From a bacterium (GTDB lineage: Bacteria > Zhuqueibacterota > Zhuqueibacteria > Residuimicrobiales > Krinioviventaceae), in assembly GCA_963675755.2 (NCBI GenBank), contig CAXXMD010000001.1:224001-288000 (forward strand): a stretch of 64,000 bases of DNA. The letters are read 5' to 3'. The notes under the pieces were generated by a model. It made no database searches and had not been told where the DNA came from. It saw only the letters and a program-made list of their open reading frames with translations. Shown here piece by piece: positions 42,141-52,937 of the stretch (the first letter of the stretch is position 1; each line of letters opens with the position of its first letter). The position numbers and the translations under genes are program-made.

Positions 42141-43511
42141 TTACAAGCATAATTCAAACTGCATGGCATAAAAAGATGGTGTATTATAAAACTCTCGGGT
42201 ACATATAAAATTACCAGCCAGGCTGTCTGTTATTGACATTTTAAAACCGATCCAGTCAATGTTTTTGGTTTTATATTTTGTTCCATTAATACTTGTAACA
42301 TTAATTGCATAAGTCAATATAAATTGAGGTAAAATCCTGAAATGTAATCCATATGATATTTGGTCCACATTTTTGCTATGGTTTGATTGCCCCGGTTGAT
42401 CTTCTGTATAAGGTCTATCTTTGAAAAAATTCATATCATATTTATAGATGGTTTGGATATCATAATTTGTGCTAGTTATGGATATATAATTATTTATTCG
42501 ATTAAGAATATTAAATTCAATTCCAATTCCTACTGCCATAGTTTGTATAGATTTGTTTTCATATCGTCTATAGTCAAAGAAACTGGAACTGTATTCAATA
42601 CTATCCTGGGGCATTATCGTTATTACGCTTGATCCTTCATGATGTAGATGTGCTGTTTCAGTATATTTTAGTTTATTATAGTTTCCCCAAAATCTTGTTT
42701 TAACGTATTTATGAATATTATAGCTTCCAATAACAGAAAACGTACTTTTAGGAAAACTAAAAGCAGGATAATTATCATTGTTGTATGATATTGAATCATA
42801 AAATTTTACATAAAAGTCATTATAATTATATATATAATTGCTTTTAGAACGAATGGTATATTGATTGTTATATAATTCCTTATTTACTAATGAATAGGAG
42901 AATGATGGGCAAATATCCAGCTTTTTCTTATATTTTATTTTGCCACCAATTGTGAGTTTTTTGATTCCCATGTCTCCCTGAATTTTGTAAAGCGGATCAA
43001 GAATGTACTCATTACCTGTATAGTTGTAAATAGTATTGTACTCTTTGTATGTGTTATTCCGCTTTTGGTATTCCAATGATATACCCAAGCTGTGAACTGT
43101 GCTCAACTTTTTTGATATCGAGAATACATATTTTTCATTTATATGATCCAGATTTGGATTTTCATAATAATAAGTATCAAAATATATTGTGTTTATAATT
43201 TTATCTGCCATAATACCAAAAGACCAGGATTTGTAAGGGATAAATATATATAGGTGTTGTTGATCAAAATATGATTGAGATATATTGTCAAGTTCTTCAA
43301 TCCTTGTAAAACGTGCACCGCTATATATTGTTGGCTTTATAAAATCCATCATGGCGGGATTGATATAAGAATCCGTAATAGGGTCAGCAATAGTGCCTAA
43401 TATTTTTTCACCGGCTTTGCTTTGTAGTTCGAGTGAAACCGGTTGCTGCGAATATACTGATTTACATACGAATAATAAAATTGTTAAAAGAAACCAAAAT
43501 TTATTTGGCAA
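42141..43511 (-). CDS. Putative outer-membrane beta-barrel protein, Tyr-rich (paralog B)
   Basis: Signal peptide, DSYINPAMM, clear similarity to 40677-42074. Confidence 0.6.
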   Translation of the reverse strand: MPNKFWFLLTILLFVCKSVYSQQPVSLELQSKAGEKILGTIADPITDSYINPAMMDFIKPTIYSGARFTRIEELDNISQSYFDQQHLYIFIPYKSWSFGIMADKIINTIYFDTYYYENPNLDHINEKYVFSISKKLSTVHSLGISLEYQKRNNTYKEYNTIYNYTGNEYILDPLYKIQGDMGIKKLTIGGKIKYKKKLDICPSFSYSLVNKELYNNQYTIRSKSNYIYNYNDFYVKFYDSISYNNDNYPAFSFPKSTFSVIGSYNIHKYVKTRFWGNYNKLKYTETAHLHHEGSSVITIMPQDSIEYSSSFFDYRRYENKSIQTMAVGIGIEFNILNRINNYISITSTNYDIQTIYKYDMNFFKDRPYTEDQPGQSNHSKNVDQISYGLHFRILPQFILTYAINVTSINGTKYKTKNIDWIGFKMSITDSLAGNFICTREFYNTPSFYAMQFELCL

Positions 43512-43650
43512 AGTGTACCCCTGTCATTGTAATATTCTTGATATTGAAGATTGATTTATATCCCCCGATATTTCGTTTAGCCCGGAAAAGTTAAATATTC
43601 ATTGATTGTTTATTTCAAACTCTTTTCGTTCTTGAAAAGTTCCCCGTAAC

Positions 43651-46035
43651 TTATAAATTGAACCGGTATGAGCATTTTAACAACAGTATTCTATCGTCAA
43701 AATCGAAACTACGGGATTCTCCGGTAAATGATTCGTCGGAACGTCCTTCGTTATAGGCGAGGTATAAAAAGCTGCCGGGACGGTATTCCCAACTGATGAG
43801 AGTGCTCAACAGGTATTGGTTTTCTGTGACTTTGTCTCCATACCAGGTGGTACCAAAATTACCCTGCATATGTAATCGAAAATAAAAATCTTTGTTTAAC
43901 ATAAAGGTGGTATAGGATGAAAACTGCCAGAATTCACCATCCTTTTTATCAATAGGATTGAATGTCTTTGTATATTCACCTTCAAGGGTGGAGAGGATGT
44001 GAGTGTGCAAACGGCCGGTCCCTGCCAGGGTTACGCTTTGCAGTGAGCCCACATGTTTTTGCTTAAAGTTGTAAAATGTACCACCATTTGCCCCCAGAAT
44101 CATTTCAATCCTTGCTCCCTTGTTTACGGGGCGTGAAGTGAAATTAGCTACCCAGGTGTTTTCTGTATAGATTTCGGTTATTTCACTGCGTTGGGCTTGT
44201 TGTAAACCAGCTACAAAGATCATTTCATTCATCAACTGCACTTCAAGTTCTTCTTCCGCACGCCAGTTTTGAAAATCCCGTTTGCCGGGGCCAATCATTG
44301 CTGTTCCATCTGTATATGAAAAAGCACTCTCTCCAAATTCGTCGTTAAATACAATATTTGGATTTTCTTCCAACCAGTCTGTTATATATCTGTCTGTAAA
44401 ATGATCATAGCTGATTTCACCTTCGGTAGAGAAGCTGATGCGGCGGAGGATCTTACGGTTCAGCCGCGGACCATAGCGAAAGCCCGCTTCGTATTCGGTC
44501 TCACCGCGATTGGCTTCTTTGCGCATATAGCCAATCCGATTGACCTCAAAATAGGGATCGGTATGTGTATAACCCAGCGACATGCCGAAATCGTCACCGG
44601 TTGTGGTGAGTTCTGCATAATATGCATTGCTGTTGTCAGTATGCTGTTCCGTTTGTCCGGTAGCAGCCTGAGCATCCAGTAAAATATTTTTTTTCACCAC
44701 AAACGATCCATCAATACCCAGTACGCGGTTGTATTCATTGTCGTATTCTTTGGTAGCTCCCAGAATGCCAATGTTGCTGGAATTGAAAACATCTTTTTTA
44801 ACTCGAAAAACTCCATAATTGGCTTCTTCTGAAGCGGTATTATCTATCTGACTGTGTGACATTGCAGATTCGCCGGTAAAACAGCTAATAGCACCAAATT
44901 CAAATCCTTTAGCCAGCTTGCCGGTCATTTTACCACCGCCAAGAATATCGCCCATGGCGCCAATACGTCGACTGTAAAACAGCTCAAGCGGGGTGTTGAA
45001 AATATTGGTCCTTTCCGTAAAAAAAGGACGAAGTTCCTGAAAACGGGTTGGGTAGCGGGTCAGATTGATTTCAACCACATCTGCATCTATTTGCGCAAAA
45101 TCAGGATTAACAGTCAAATCCGCTGTAATACTGGTAGAGGGACTGTAGCGAAGATCCAGTCCGTAATTTAGTTGCCCGCTTCTTGGGTCTGGCGCGGTCT
45201 GTTCCATTCCGGTAAGTACATAGGGGCGAATCTCAAAATTTCGTCCGGCATTTATGTTTTTGATCCCGGTGATGTGTCCCATTGTTGACATGCGTGTTGT
45301 CATATCCCATTCCCACAGGTGCGGTTTCCATTGCCCTCTTGAACCGTTTTTGGAAATATTACGCATCACATTAAAGCCAAAGATATGTTCTTCCAGGTCA
45401 TTAAAACGCAGGTTAAAGAAAGGGATTTTAATTTCCGCATACCAGCCTTTATCGTCAATAGTAGCTTCAGAATACCAGACCCCGTTCCAGTTTCGGTCGC
45501 GTTTGATATCATCATATCGCAATTCATCACCCTGAACGCCGGCGGGGGAGACATTAAATTTATATCCTGTTCGATGATCGTGAAACGTATCCAGAAACAG
45601 ATTCAGATTGTCCGGTACGTTTGAACCACGCGGAGTGACCAGATTGACAATTTTATCCGGATCGCTGTCCCAGCACCAAACTCCGATATAGAGATTATTT
45701 GCATCATATAAAACAGCGAATTCGGTTTCGTCTGACATGGGTACTAGTGGATAGGGTTCTTTTTCAAGCAGATCATCTTCGTGTTCAGCAAGGTGCCATT
45801 CTTTTTCATCCAGAACACCATCAATATTGATTTCTGCATCATCATTCAGCCTTAGGGCCTCAATGCTGTATAGTTCTATTAATGTATCATAAACAGCGGT
45901 CCGGACCGAGTCGATATAGGTCTGCTCAAAATATTTAGGATCAATGTCTCTCTGGCTGTAAAGATTGGAGGTGAAACAATAAAGTGCAAGTATGAGTGTT
46001 TGAAGGAATAGAATAACTGTTGTTTTAAACTGCAT
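43651..46035 (-). CDS. DUF5916 protein with N-terminal CBM9-like domain
   Basis: IDGVLDE..W, LDTFHD, GWYAEIKIPF, VNPDFAQIDAD, E.RPFF.E, LFYSRRIG, YRPGS; C-terminal YRFNL. Confidence 0.85.
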   Translation of the reverse strand: MQFKTTVILFLQTLILALYCFTSNLYSQRDIDPKYFEQTYIDSVRTAVYDTLIELYSIEALRLNDDAEINIDGVLDEKEWHLAEHEDDLLEKEPYPLVPMSDETEFAVLYDANNLYIGVWCWDSDPDKIVNLVTPRGSNVPDNLNLFLDTFHDHRTGYKFNVSPAGVQGDELRYDDIKRDRNWNGVWYSEATIDDKGWYAEIKIPFFNLRFNDLEEHIFGFNVMRNISKNGSRGQWKPHLWEWDMTTRMSTMGHITGIKNINAGRNFEIRPYVLTGMEQTAPDPRSGQLNYGLDLRYSPSTSITADLTVNPDFAQIDADVVEINLTRYPTRFQELRPFFTERTNIFNTPLELFYSRRIGAMGDILGGGKMTGKLAKGFEFGAISCFTGESAMSHSQIDNTASEEANYGVFRVKKDVFNSSNIGILGATKEYDNEYNRVLGIDGSFVVKKNILLDAQAATGQTEQHTDNSNAYYAELTTTGDDFGMSLGYTHTDPYFEVNRIGYMRKEANRGETEYEAGFRYGPRLNRKILRRISFSTEGEISYDHFTDRYITDWLEENPNIVFNDEFGESAFSYTDGTAMIGPGKRDFQNWRAEEELEVQLMNEMIFVAGLQQAQRSEITEIYTENTWVANFTSRPVNKGARIEMILGANGGTFYNFKQKHVGSLQSVTLAGTGRLHTHILSTLEGEYTKTFNPIDKKDGEFWQFSSYTTFMLNKDFYFRLHMQGNFGTTWYGDKVTENQYLLSTLISWEYRPGSFLYLAYNEGRSDESFTGESRSFDFDDRILLLKCSYRFNL

Positions 46036-46244
46036 TTTACTACCCTGTCTGATATGTTTTTGTCATATCCGCAATTGAACCGGACGGATGAATTCAATCA
46101 ATAATTGATTTACATAATTTTACAATTTAATAAAAGTGAAAAATTGTAAAATTTAAACTTTCTGGTATTCTGTTGTTTGGTAGAATAACTGTTGACGCTT
46201 TTAATAGTAATTTGTATTTTAAATTTCAACAGGGAGGAGTAATA

Positions 46245-48068
46245 ATGTTAAAAAATACTACCAGACGATCATTTATCAAAACTATGGGTGCGGCTGCATT
46301 GACTTTGCCTGTAATGAATTGCTCTTTGCAAAAAGATCAGCCCAATATACTTTGGCTAACCAGTGAAGATAACAGCCCTTTCCTAGGTTGTTATGGAGAT
46401 GAACTGGCTAACACACCAAATTTTGATAAGTTTGCATCCGAATCTATTCTTTACGAAAATGCGTTTGCCAATGCACCGGTTTGCGCACCTGCCCGATCCA
46501 CAATTATTACCGGTATGTATGCCTGTTCTTTGGGTACACATCAGATGAGAAGCCAGAATCCTGTACCTGAGCAGGTACAATTCTTTCCACAATATCTGAG
46601 AAAAGCCGGTTATTATTGTACCAATAATCATAAAAAAGATTACAATACCATAGAGCCTGAAGGAGTTTGGGACGAGTCAAGCAGAGAAGCAACATATGAA
46701 AACTGCCCTGATGGCCAACCTTTTTTTGCGATATTTAATCATACAATTACTCATGAAAGTCAACTGCACAAGTGGCTTGAACCTGTGCACGATCCCTCAA
46801 AAATGAAATTACCTCCTTATCATCCGGATACGCCCGAGGTCCGTCATGACTGGGCGCAGTATTATGACAAGATTACTGAACTTGACAAGCAGATAGGTGA
46901 GAAACTGCAAAGATTGGAAGACTTGGGCCTTGCAGAAAACACCATCGTATTTTATTATGCAGATCATGGCGGGGTGTTGACCCGCAGTAAACGGTTTTTG
47001 TATGACTCTGGCACCCATGTTCCCATGATGGTACGGTTTCCCAAAAAGTATAAACATCTTGCAACGCATAAAGCCGGAGAACGAACCGATCGCCTGGTTA
47101 GCTTTGTAGATCTTGCTCCTACGGTTCTCAGTCTGGCAGGTATAACTGTTCCTGAAATTATGCAAGGAGAGGCATTCCTTGGCAAACAAGCCCTGAAAGA
47201 ACGGGACTATGTCTATCTGTTCCGTGGCAGAATGGATGAACGTTATGATCATATTCGAGCCATTCGGGATAAGCAATTTAAATATATACGTAATTATATG
47301 CCGCACAGGATCTGGGGGCAGCACCTCAATTATCTCTGGAGAATGCCAACAACCCGTGCATGGTATAAATTGCACCTTGAAGGAAAATTAAATCCGGTGC
47401 AAGATAAATTCTGGAATAAAAAGCCGAAAGAAGAATTGTTTGATACTACTTTAGATCCCTGGGAAGTGAAAAATCTTGCTGATGATCCCAAATACAAAGA
47501 TGTGCTTGAACGAATGCGCAGTGCATTAAATGACTGGGTGTTGGATGTTGGCGACCCCGGTTATCTGCCCGAAGCTGAAATGGTCATGCGTGCTGAGGGA
47601 TCAACTGTCTATGAAATGGGTCAGGATCCACAGAAATATAATCAAAAACGCATCATGCAAGTGTTGGATATTGTAAATGATTGTGATGAGAAGAATATTC
47701 CACAATTGATTGCATGGTTATCTGATGAGGATAGTGCTGTACGGTACTGGGCAGCAGAAGGTTTTATTGCATTGGGCGAAAAAGCTCAAACAGCCAAGAC
47801 CGAGCTGATCAAAGCGCTTGAAGATTCTGCTCCCAATGTGCGAATTGCAGCTGCTGAAGCCATTTTCAAGTTTGAGAATTCTGAAAAAGCATGGCAGGTA
47901 ATCATTCAGGCACTTGACCATCCTGTTGAATGGGCAAGACTGCAAGCAGCCAATGTAATGGATTTTCAGGATAAGCGGGCCAGAAAGTATTTATCAATTA
48001 TGAAAAGTAAGCTGGAAGATGGGTATCCCGGCAGGGTTATGCTTTCAGCAATAGAAGAGATTCAATAA
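46245..48068 (+). CDS. Sulfatase (Cys-type) with C-terminal HEAT repeats, Tat-like signal
   Basis: TRRSFIK, PNILW..SED, CAPARS formylglycine motif, YADHG; GGAGG RBS; TTGACG-N17-TATTTT promoter upstream. Confidence 0.92.
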   Translation: MLKNTTRRSFIKTMGAAALTLPVMNCSLQKDQPNILWLTSEDNSPFLGCYGDELANTPNFDKFASESILYENAFANAPVCAPARSTIITGMYACSLGTHQMRSQNPVPEQVQFFPQYLRKAGYYCTNNHKKDYNTIEPEGVWDESSREATYENCPDGQPFFAIFNHTITHESQLHKWLEPVHDPSKMKLPPYHPDTPEVRHDWAQYYDKITELDKQIGEKLQRLEDLGLAENTIVFYYADHGGVLTRSKRFLYDSGTHVPMMVRFPKKYKHLATHKAGERTDRLVSFVDLAPTVLSLAGITVPEIMQGEAFLGKQALKERDYVYLFRGRMDERYDHIRAIRDKQFKYIRNYMPHRIWGQHLNYLWRMPTTRAWYKLHLEGKLNPVQDKFWNKKPKEELFDTTLDPWEVKNLADDPKYKDVLERMRSALNDWVLDVGDPGYLPEAEMVMRAEGSTVYEMGQDPQKYNQKRIMQVLDIVNDCDEKNIPQLIAWLSDEDSAVRYWAAEGFIALGEKAQTAKTELIKALEDSAPNVRIAAAEAIFKFENSEKAWQVIIQALDHPVEWARLQAANVMDFQDKRARKYLSIMKSKLEDGYPGRVMLSAIEEIQ

Positions 48069-48099
48069 AAAAAGCGGCTTGATTCAAGCCGCTTTTTTT
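48067..48099. terminator. Bidirectional intrinsic terminator
   Basis: A7-GCGGCTTGA-T-TCAAGCCGC-T7 between convergent genes. Confidence 0.9.
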
Positions 48100-48109
48100 A
48101 TGTGCTAAA

Positions 48110-50371
48110 TTATTTTGCAATTCCCCATTTTTTGTTGGGTTCAGGACCCATCTCAAACACCAAAGTCCCGCCCTTAACCAGCTCTTTATGAGTTATATGG
48201 CTCTTGTTATAGGACTTGCCATTTAACATAGCCGATTGGATGTAAATATTGTCTTTTGTCAAATTATTTGCCTCAATAACCATAGATTTTCCATTGTAAT
48301 AATCGGGGTCGAGTTTGATTTCAACTCGATCAAAAATAGGAGCCGTAATTTGATAAACCGGATCGCCCACACTGATCTGAAACAACCCCATAGAGCTTAA
48401 TACATACCAGGCTGCCATACAACCATAATCGTCATCCATTTCGATCAGGTATCCATCCGGAGTAGTTTTATAGATATAATCTACAATTGGTTCAGGAAAA
48501 ATCTGGTGTGTACCATATTGCTGAGGAAAGGGTTCGGTTAGTATCTTGCGGACCCATTTTTGTGTCAACCAGGGAGCTCCGGCAGGATTAAAAAGATATG
48601 GAGTTTGTATATCCGGCTGGTTTCCTGCCTGATACAGATCATTATTGAAAAAGTAATCCAACTGTTCTACAAAATAATCTTTACCGCCAAATAACTCAAT
48701 CAAACCCGGTACATCATGAAGCACAAACCAGCGCCAGTGCCACTTGCTGCCTTCATAGGTGTATTTTTCCCGATTCATTCTGGGATCCTCTGGGAAATCC
48801 AGCCATTTTCCGTTTGCAGCTTTTGCCCGGAAATATTTAATAGACGGGTCCCATACATTTTTATAATAGTTTGCCCGTTTACTGAATTTTTTATAATCGT
48901 CTTTTTCACCCACTGCTTTGGCAACCTGAGCAACGCACCAGTTTGCGTAAGAATATTCATTCGTTTGGTCCGGTCGTTCAGGAATATATCCAAATTTTTC
49001 AAATTTATCAGGCATTTGCATCATCATCTCGTTGCGAATACCAGGGTAAATGGTTTTCATATCAACATCAACCAGACCTTTGAAATACGCATCGGTAGGA
49101 ATGGATAACATGTGTTCATTTCGACAAGAGCGGATCGGTTGATAACCATTAGGCCCCTTGGGCGCGAGTCCGGGACTGTTGTGCGGTTTATGGTCTGAAT
49201 CGGGAAAGGGTGCGTAATTGTCAACCTGGTCATAGATGTCCCGAATGGATAATGTGATATCATGCATCAATTTGGGAGCAGTTATGCTGTATAGCGGGTA
49301 CTTTGTTCGGAATGAGTCCCAGAATGCATAATTATCATAATGGGTATATCCAACCGCTTTATGATTTTGAATATCGTGACCTGGGTATGTTCCGTCAACG
49401 TCTGTTGTCGTGACCGGTAAAAAATAAGTGTGATATAAAGCAGTATAGAATATGGTCATATCTCGTTTACTGCCTTCAACCTTGATTCTGTCAAGATAAT
49501 AACTCCATTTTTTTGCTGCTTTTTTGATTGTATTTTGAATTTTCCAGTCTGTGATTTCATATTCCAGATTAGTCATTGCACCTTCCAGGGATGCAGAAGA
49601 CATGCCGGATTTTATTGATATTTTATCACCCGCTTTAACAGCAAAGTCAAAAACTATTGCTGTATTTTTGCCATTTATACTTGATGTTATTTCCATTTGG
49701 TCTTTAAATGCAGTAAATTTTTCAAAAGGTTTGTTAAAGACCATATGCATATAGAATTTGGCTTGTCCATAAGTTAATTCGCAATTGAGTTCAGTATCGG
49801 AAAGAATATCTATTTTAAAATTCCGTGTACGCGCCCAGTTACCCGGATATAATAGTATGTGGGCTGTTCCCTCGTTATTAAAAGTATATTGATGATACCC
49901 TGAATGTGTGTCAGCTGAGAGCAAGGCGTCTATTTTATTTTCCTGTAATGAAACTGAATAAACACCAGGGCTGGCCTTTTCAGTTTTTTTATCAATAGGG
50001 AGGTAGGGATTTTTAAGATCAATTTCACCATAGTAGGGTAGAATAGAGATATAACCGGCCCTGTCACCAACGGTGGTACCGCCAGAGCTGCCAGAGTGAA
50101 AATGACTGAATCCGCGCACATGATCATCTGCGTAATTGTAACCGGAATGTGCCCAATCACCGTCTCCTGTCAAGCTGGATGGGTAAGAATCGGGGCCCAG
50201 TTTAACGAGTCCATTGGGTACCAATGCAGATGGATGCCAATGCCCATGATCTCCTTCAGTACAAATAAATGGATCAACATATTCTAATGCTGAAAAATTT
50301 TTTTGCGTGCAAGCTGCAAAGAATAATGCTGCAAGCAGAAAGACAATACTACAGATTTTAACATGTTTCAT
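48110..50371 (-). CDS. GH92-family glycoside hydrolase lipoprotein (putative alpha-mannosidase)
   Basis: Lipobox FAAC; YVDPFI, FYTALYH, WDSFR, GNQPD, DDYGCMAAWY, NIYIQS..LNG. Confidence 0.9.
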   Translation of the reverse strand: MKHVKICSIVFLLAALFFAACTQKNFSALEYVDPFICTEGDHGHWHPSALVPNGLVKLGPDSYPSSLTGDGDWAHSGYNYADDHVRGFSHFHSGSSGGTTVGDRAGYISILPYYGEIDLKNPYLPIDKKTEKASPGVYSVSLQENKIDALLSADTHSGYHQYTFNNEGTAHILLYPGNWARTRNFKIDILSDTELNCELTYGQAKFYMHMVFNKPFEKFTAFKDQMEITSSINGKNTAIVFDFAVKAGDKISIKSGMSSASLEGAMTNLEYEITDWKIQNTIKKAAKKWSYYLDRIKVEGSKRDMTIFYTALYHTYFLPVTTTDVDGTYPGHDIQNHKAVGYTHYDNYAFWDSFRTKYPLYSITAPKLMHDITLSIRDIYDQVDNYAPFPDSDHKPHNSPGLAPKGPNGYQPIRSCRNEHMLSIPTDAYFKGLVDVDMKTIYPGIRNEMMMQMPDKFEKFGYIPERPDQTNEYSYANWCVAQVAKAVGEKDDYKKFSKRANYYKNVWDPSIKYFRAKAANGKWLDFPEDPRMNREKYTYEGSKWHWRWFVLHDVPGLIELFGGKDYFVEQLDYFFNNDLYQAGNQPDIQTPYLFNPAGAPWLTQKWVRKILTEPFPQQYGTHQIFPEPIVDYIYKTTPDGYLIEMDDDYGCMAAWYVLSSMGLFQISVGDPVYQITAPIFDRVEIKLDPDYYNGKSMVIEANNLTKDNIYIQSAMLNGKSYNKSHITHKELVKGGTLVFEMGPEPNKKWGIAK

Positions 50372-50392
50372 GTTACTCCCTTTGTGTATGAT

Positions 50393-52720
50393 TTATTTGC
50401 GCCAAAAATAAGTTAGTTTTAACATTAATGCGCGGTTTGAAACCAGGCCATCTGATGCGCCGAATAATCTGGTATCGTTATAAACAATATAGAAATCACT
50501 ACCGGGACGATATGTCCATCTAAACAACAAATTTGCAAGAGATATACGATCTCCATCATTGTTTAATTTATCATCATTAAACTGGATATATGCTTTCAGG
50601 TACATTTTGGTTGAAAAATAGTAATACAATCTGCAGCTAAATGTTTGTGCTTGAAAATCACCTTCAGGTAAACTGACATAATTAATATCAAAATTAAATT
50701 CAGCGTTCATTCTGTTAATCGATGTTGATACAATTTCCGGTGCCATAGAGAACCGGGTGCCTGTAAAATAATCACCATACGTCATTCTTAACCGACCAAA
50801 TAAATCCTTACTTTCATCAGTTTGCATGAATAAAAATGAACTCAAATCATCATAGGTTTCCATGGGGATAATAAAACCCGGGCGGACTTCCCAATCTTCG
50901 TCAATAAATTCTTTTTTATGGGCAAGTCCGGCATATATAAAACCACCATTTTGAAATCGCACTCCGATCATGGAGCTTATTTCAGCTTCCAGCATTTTAT
51001 CCTTTTGATCTGTCAGATATGACAGTTCGGTTTGCCATCTGTACTGACGAATTGATTTAAATTTATGAGAGCGGGGAGAAAAATCAATTTCACTAGCTGT
51101 ATTTTTGATGCCAGTTCGGCGTATGTAACCCATTTCTGCGTTGAAATTTTCCTGAATATTTAAATGTGAAAATGCAACATCAAGCAGATCAGAATCAAAT
51201 GCAGCACCCAGATTGCCGGCAAGATTATCTTCATCCATTTTATAGAATTCATCATCTTCGGTATAATCCGGACCCAGTGTTTGAGCGATAGAACCGTTAA
51301 TTTTAAATCTGTCTGTAATTGGGAAATTGCCATCGAATCCTACAGAACGATTGTAAAATGTACTGTCTATTTGTTCTTTATTAAGAAACATCATACCAAT
51401 ACTGGATCGTTTCAGGATATCACGACGCAGCCGAAAAACTGTAAAGTTGCTGGATTTGAAATTCTTCCATTCTCCTGTGCTTTCAGAAGCATTTTCATCA
51501 TCATTGTCATCGTCGTCATCATCCTCGTCGTAAATATTGATTTCATCTGTTAACACATTTATCAAACCCATTTGATATTTTCCTGATTTACCAAATAACT
51601 TTACACCATTATTTATGGGTTGCTGAAATCCGTCTTCAATACCAATTCTTCTGCTGTAAAAGAGCCGAATACCATTGCTTGGCCCTCTACCGCTGATACT
51701 TTGCCCACCAAAATTAAAGATTTCCGCTCCGTCAAGAAAGAAATCTCTTTTCTCCGGAAAGTAGAGAGAGAATCGCGTAAGGTTAACGCGCTCCTGGTCT
51801 GCCTCAACTTGTGCGAAATCCGTGTTCCAGGTAAAGTTCATGGAAATATTGGAGGTGATATTAAATTTTGACTCGAATCCCCAATTGCCTTTTGTTTCAA
51901 GATCAAAATTTGTATTGGCATCTTTGGTGGCGCTTGAGAGTAAATAAGGTTCAATTTCCAGATTTCCCCCGGCTTGCATACCACTCAAGCCGGTGAGGGT
52001 ACCCGCTTGTGAGACACGAAAAAATCCCATTCTGCCAGCATCACGAGGTACAAGCTGCCAAAAATCAGTTTCATTTTTGCGACGAATTTCTCTGGAAAAG
52101 TTAATTCCCCATGTTAAAGAATCACCTTTGCCAAATCGCAGGGTTTTCCATGGAATGGCAATTTCTGCGAACCAACCCTGATCATTAATTTGTGTTTCGC
52201 ATTCCCAAATTCCATTCCATTCAGAATTGTAACTGGTACCTTCATCCCCAAAGGTAGCATCTCTTCTACATCCATTTGGATTGATATTGAAATAGAACCC
52301 GTTCCTGCGATCATTAAATGTATCGAAAACTATTCTGAAATTATCGTCATTGTCAAGATGCGCATCTCTACGCATTTCACGAGCAATGATTTTATCAGGT
52401 TCTTTGTCAAAACATTTAATGGCTATATAAAGTTTGCTTTGATTATAAAGTAGTGCAATTTTTGTATCTTCTGTTGCAGGATCACCTACATCAGGTTCAC
52501 GTTGTATAAAGTTGCCAATAAATTGAATTTTCTCCCATTCTTCTTCATCTATTTTTCCATCAATATTTAAAAAAGATTGAATTTGTGTAGCTGAAATGTT
52601 TCGAAAGGGAATGGTAAAGTCTCTGTGTTCGTTTGACAAGTCTTGTGCAGCGTGTAATTGAAATAAAAATCCCCATAAAACTATGATTAGACATACTAAT
52701 CCGAATACTACCCGTTTCAT
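50393..52720 (-). CDS. DUF5916 protein with N-terminal CBM9-like domain
   Basis: IDGKIDE..W, GWFAEIAIPW, NTDFAQVEAD, FPEKRDFF, LFYSRRIG, YRPGSD; C-terminal LTYFW. Confidence 0.87.
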   Translation of the reverse strand: MKRVVFGLVCLIIVLWGFLFQLHAAQDLSNEHRDFTIPFRNISATQIQSFLNIDGKIDEEEWEKIQFIGNFIQREPDVGDPATEDTKIALLYNQSKLYIAIKCFDKEPDKIIAREMRRDAHLDNDDNFRIVFDTFNDRRNGFYFNINPNGCRRDATFGDEGTSYNSEWNGIWECETQINDQGWFAEIAIPWKTLRFGKGDSLTWGINFSREIRRKNETDFWQLVPRDAGRMGFFRVSQAGTLTGLSGMQAGGNLEIEPYLLSSATKDANTNFDLETKGNWGFESKFNITSNISMNFTWNTDFAQVEADQERVNLTRFSLYFPEKRDFFLDGAEIFNFGGQSISGRGPSNGIRLFYSRRIGIEDGFQQPINNGVKLFGKSGKYQMGLINVLTDEINIYDEDDDDDDNDDENASESTGEWKNFKSSNFTVFRLRRDILKRSSIGMMFLNKEQIDSTFYNRSVGFDGNFPITDRFKINGSIAQTLGPDYTEDDEFYKMDEDNLAGNLGAAFDSDLLDVAFSHLNIQENFNAEMGYIRRTGIKNTASEIDFSPRSHKFKSIRQYRWQTELSYLTDQKDKMLEAEISSMIGVRFQNGGFIYAGLAHKKEFIDEDWEVRPGFIIPMETYDDLSSFLFMQTDESKDLFGRLRMTYGDYFTGTRFSMAPEIVSTSINRMNAEFNFDINYVSLPEGDFQAQTFSCRLYYYFSTKMYLKAYIQFNDDKLNNDGDRISLANLLFRWTYRPGSDFYIVYNDTRLFGASDGLVSNRALMLKLTYFWRK

Positions 52721-52937
52721 TACTTCTCCTGGGAGATTAATTCTTTTCCTACTTCCATCTTAATATATAAAAAACATAAATTAAATAATGTAAAAAATTG
52801 TAAGTATTTTGTTTTGTTTCTTTGATGTGATAATAATTTTTTATATTTTAGTAGATTAAAATTTAAATATTAAGTTTAAATATTAGAATTTAGTATTTTT
52901 ATTTTTCTTTATTAAAAATATATAGGAGCTTGAGGAA

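Noticed and set aside
51495-51535. TCA/TCG repeat in the second DUF5916 gene
   Set aside because: Encodes a short poly-Asp loop in frame
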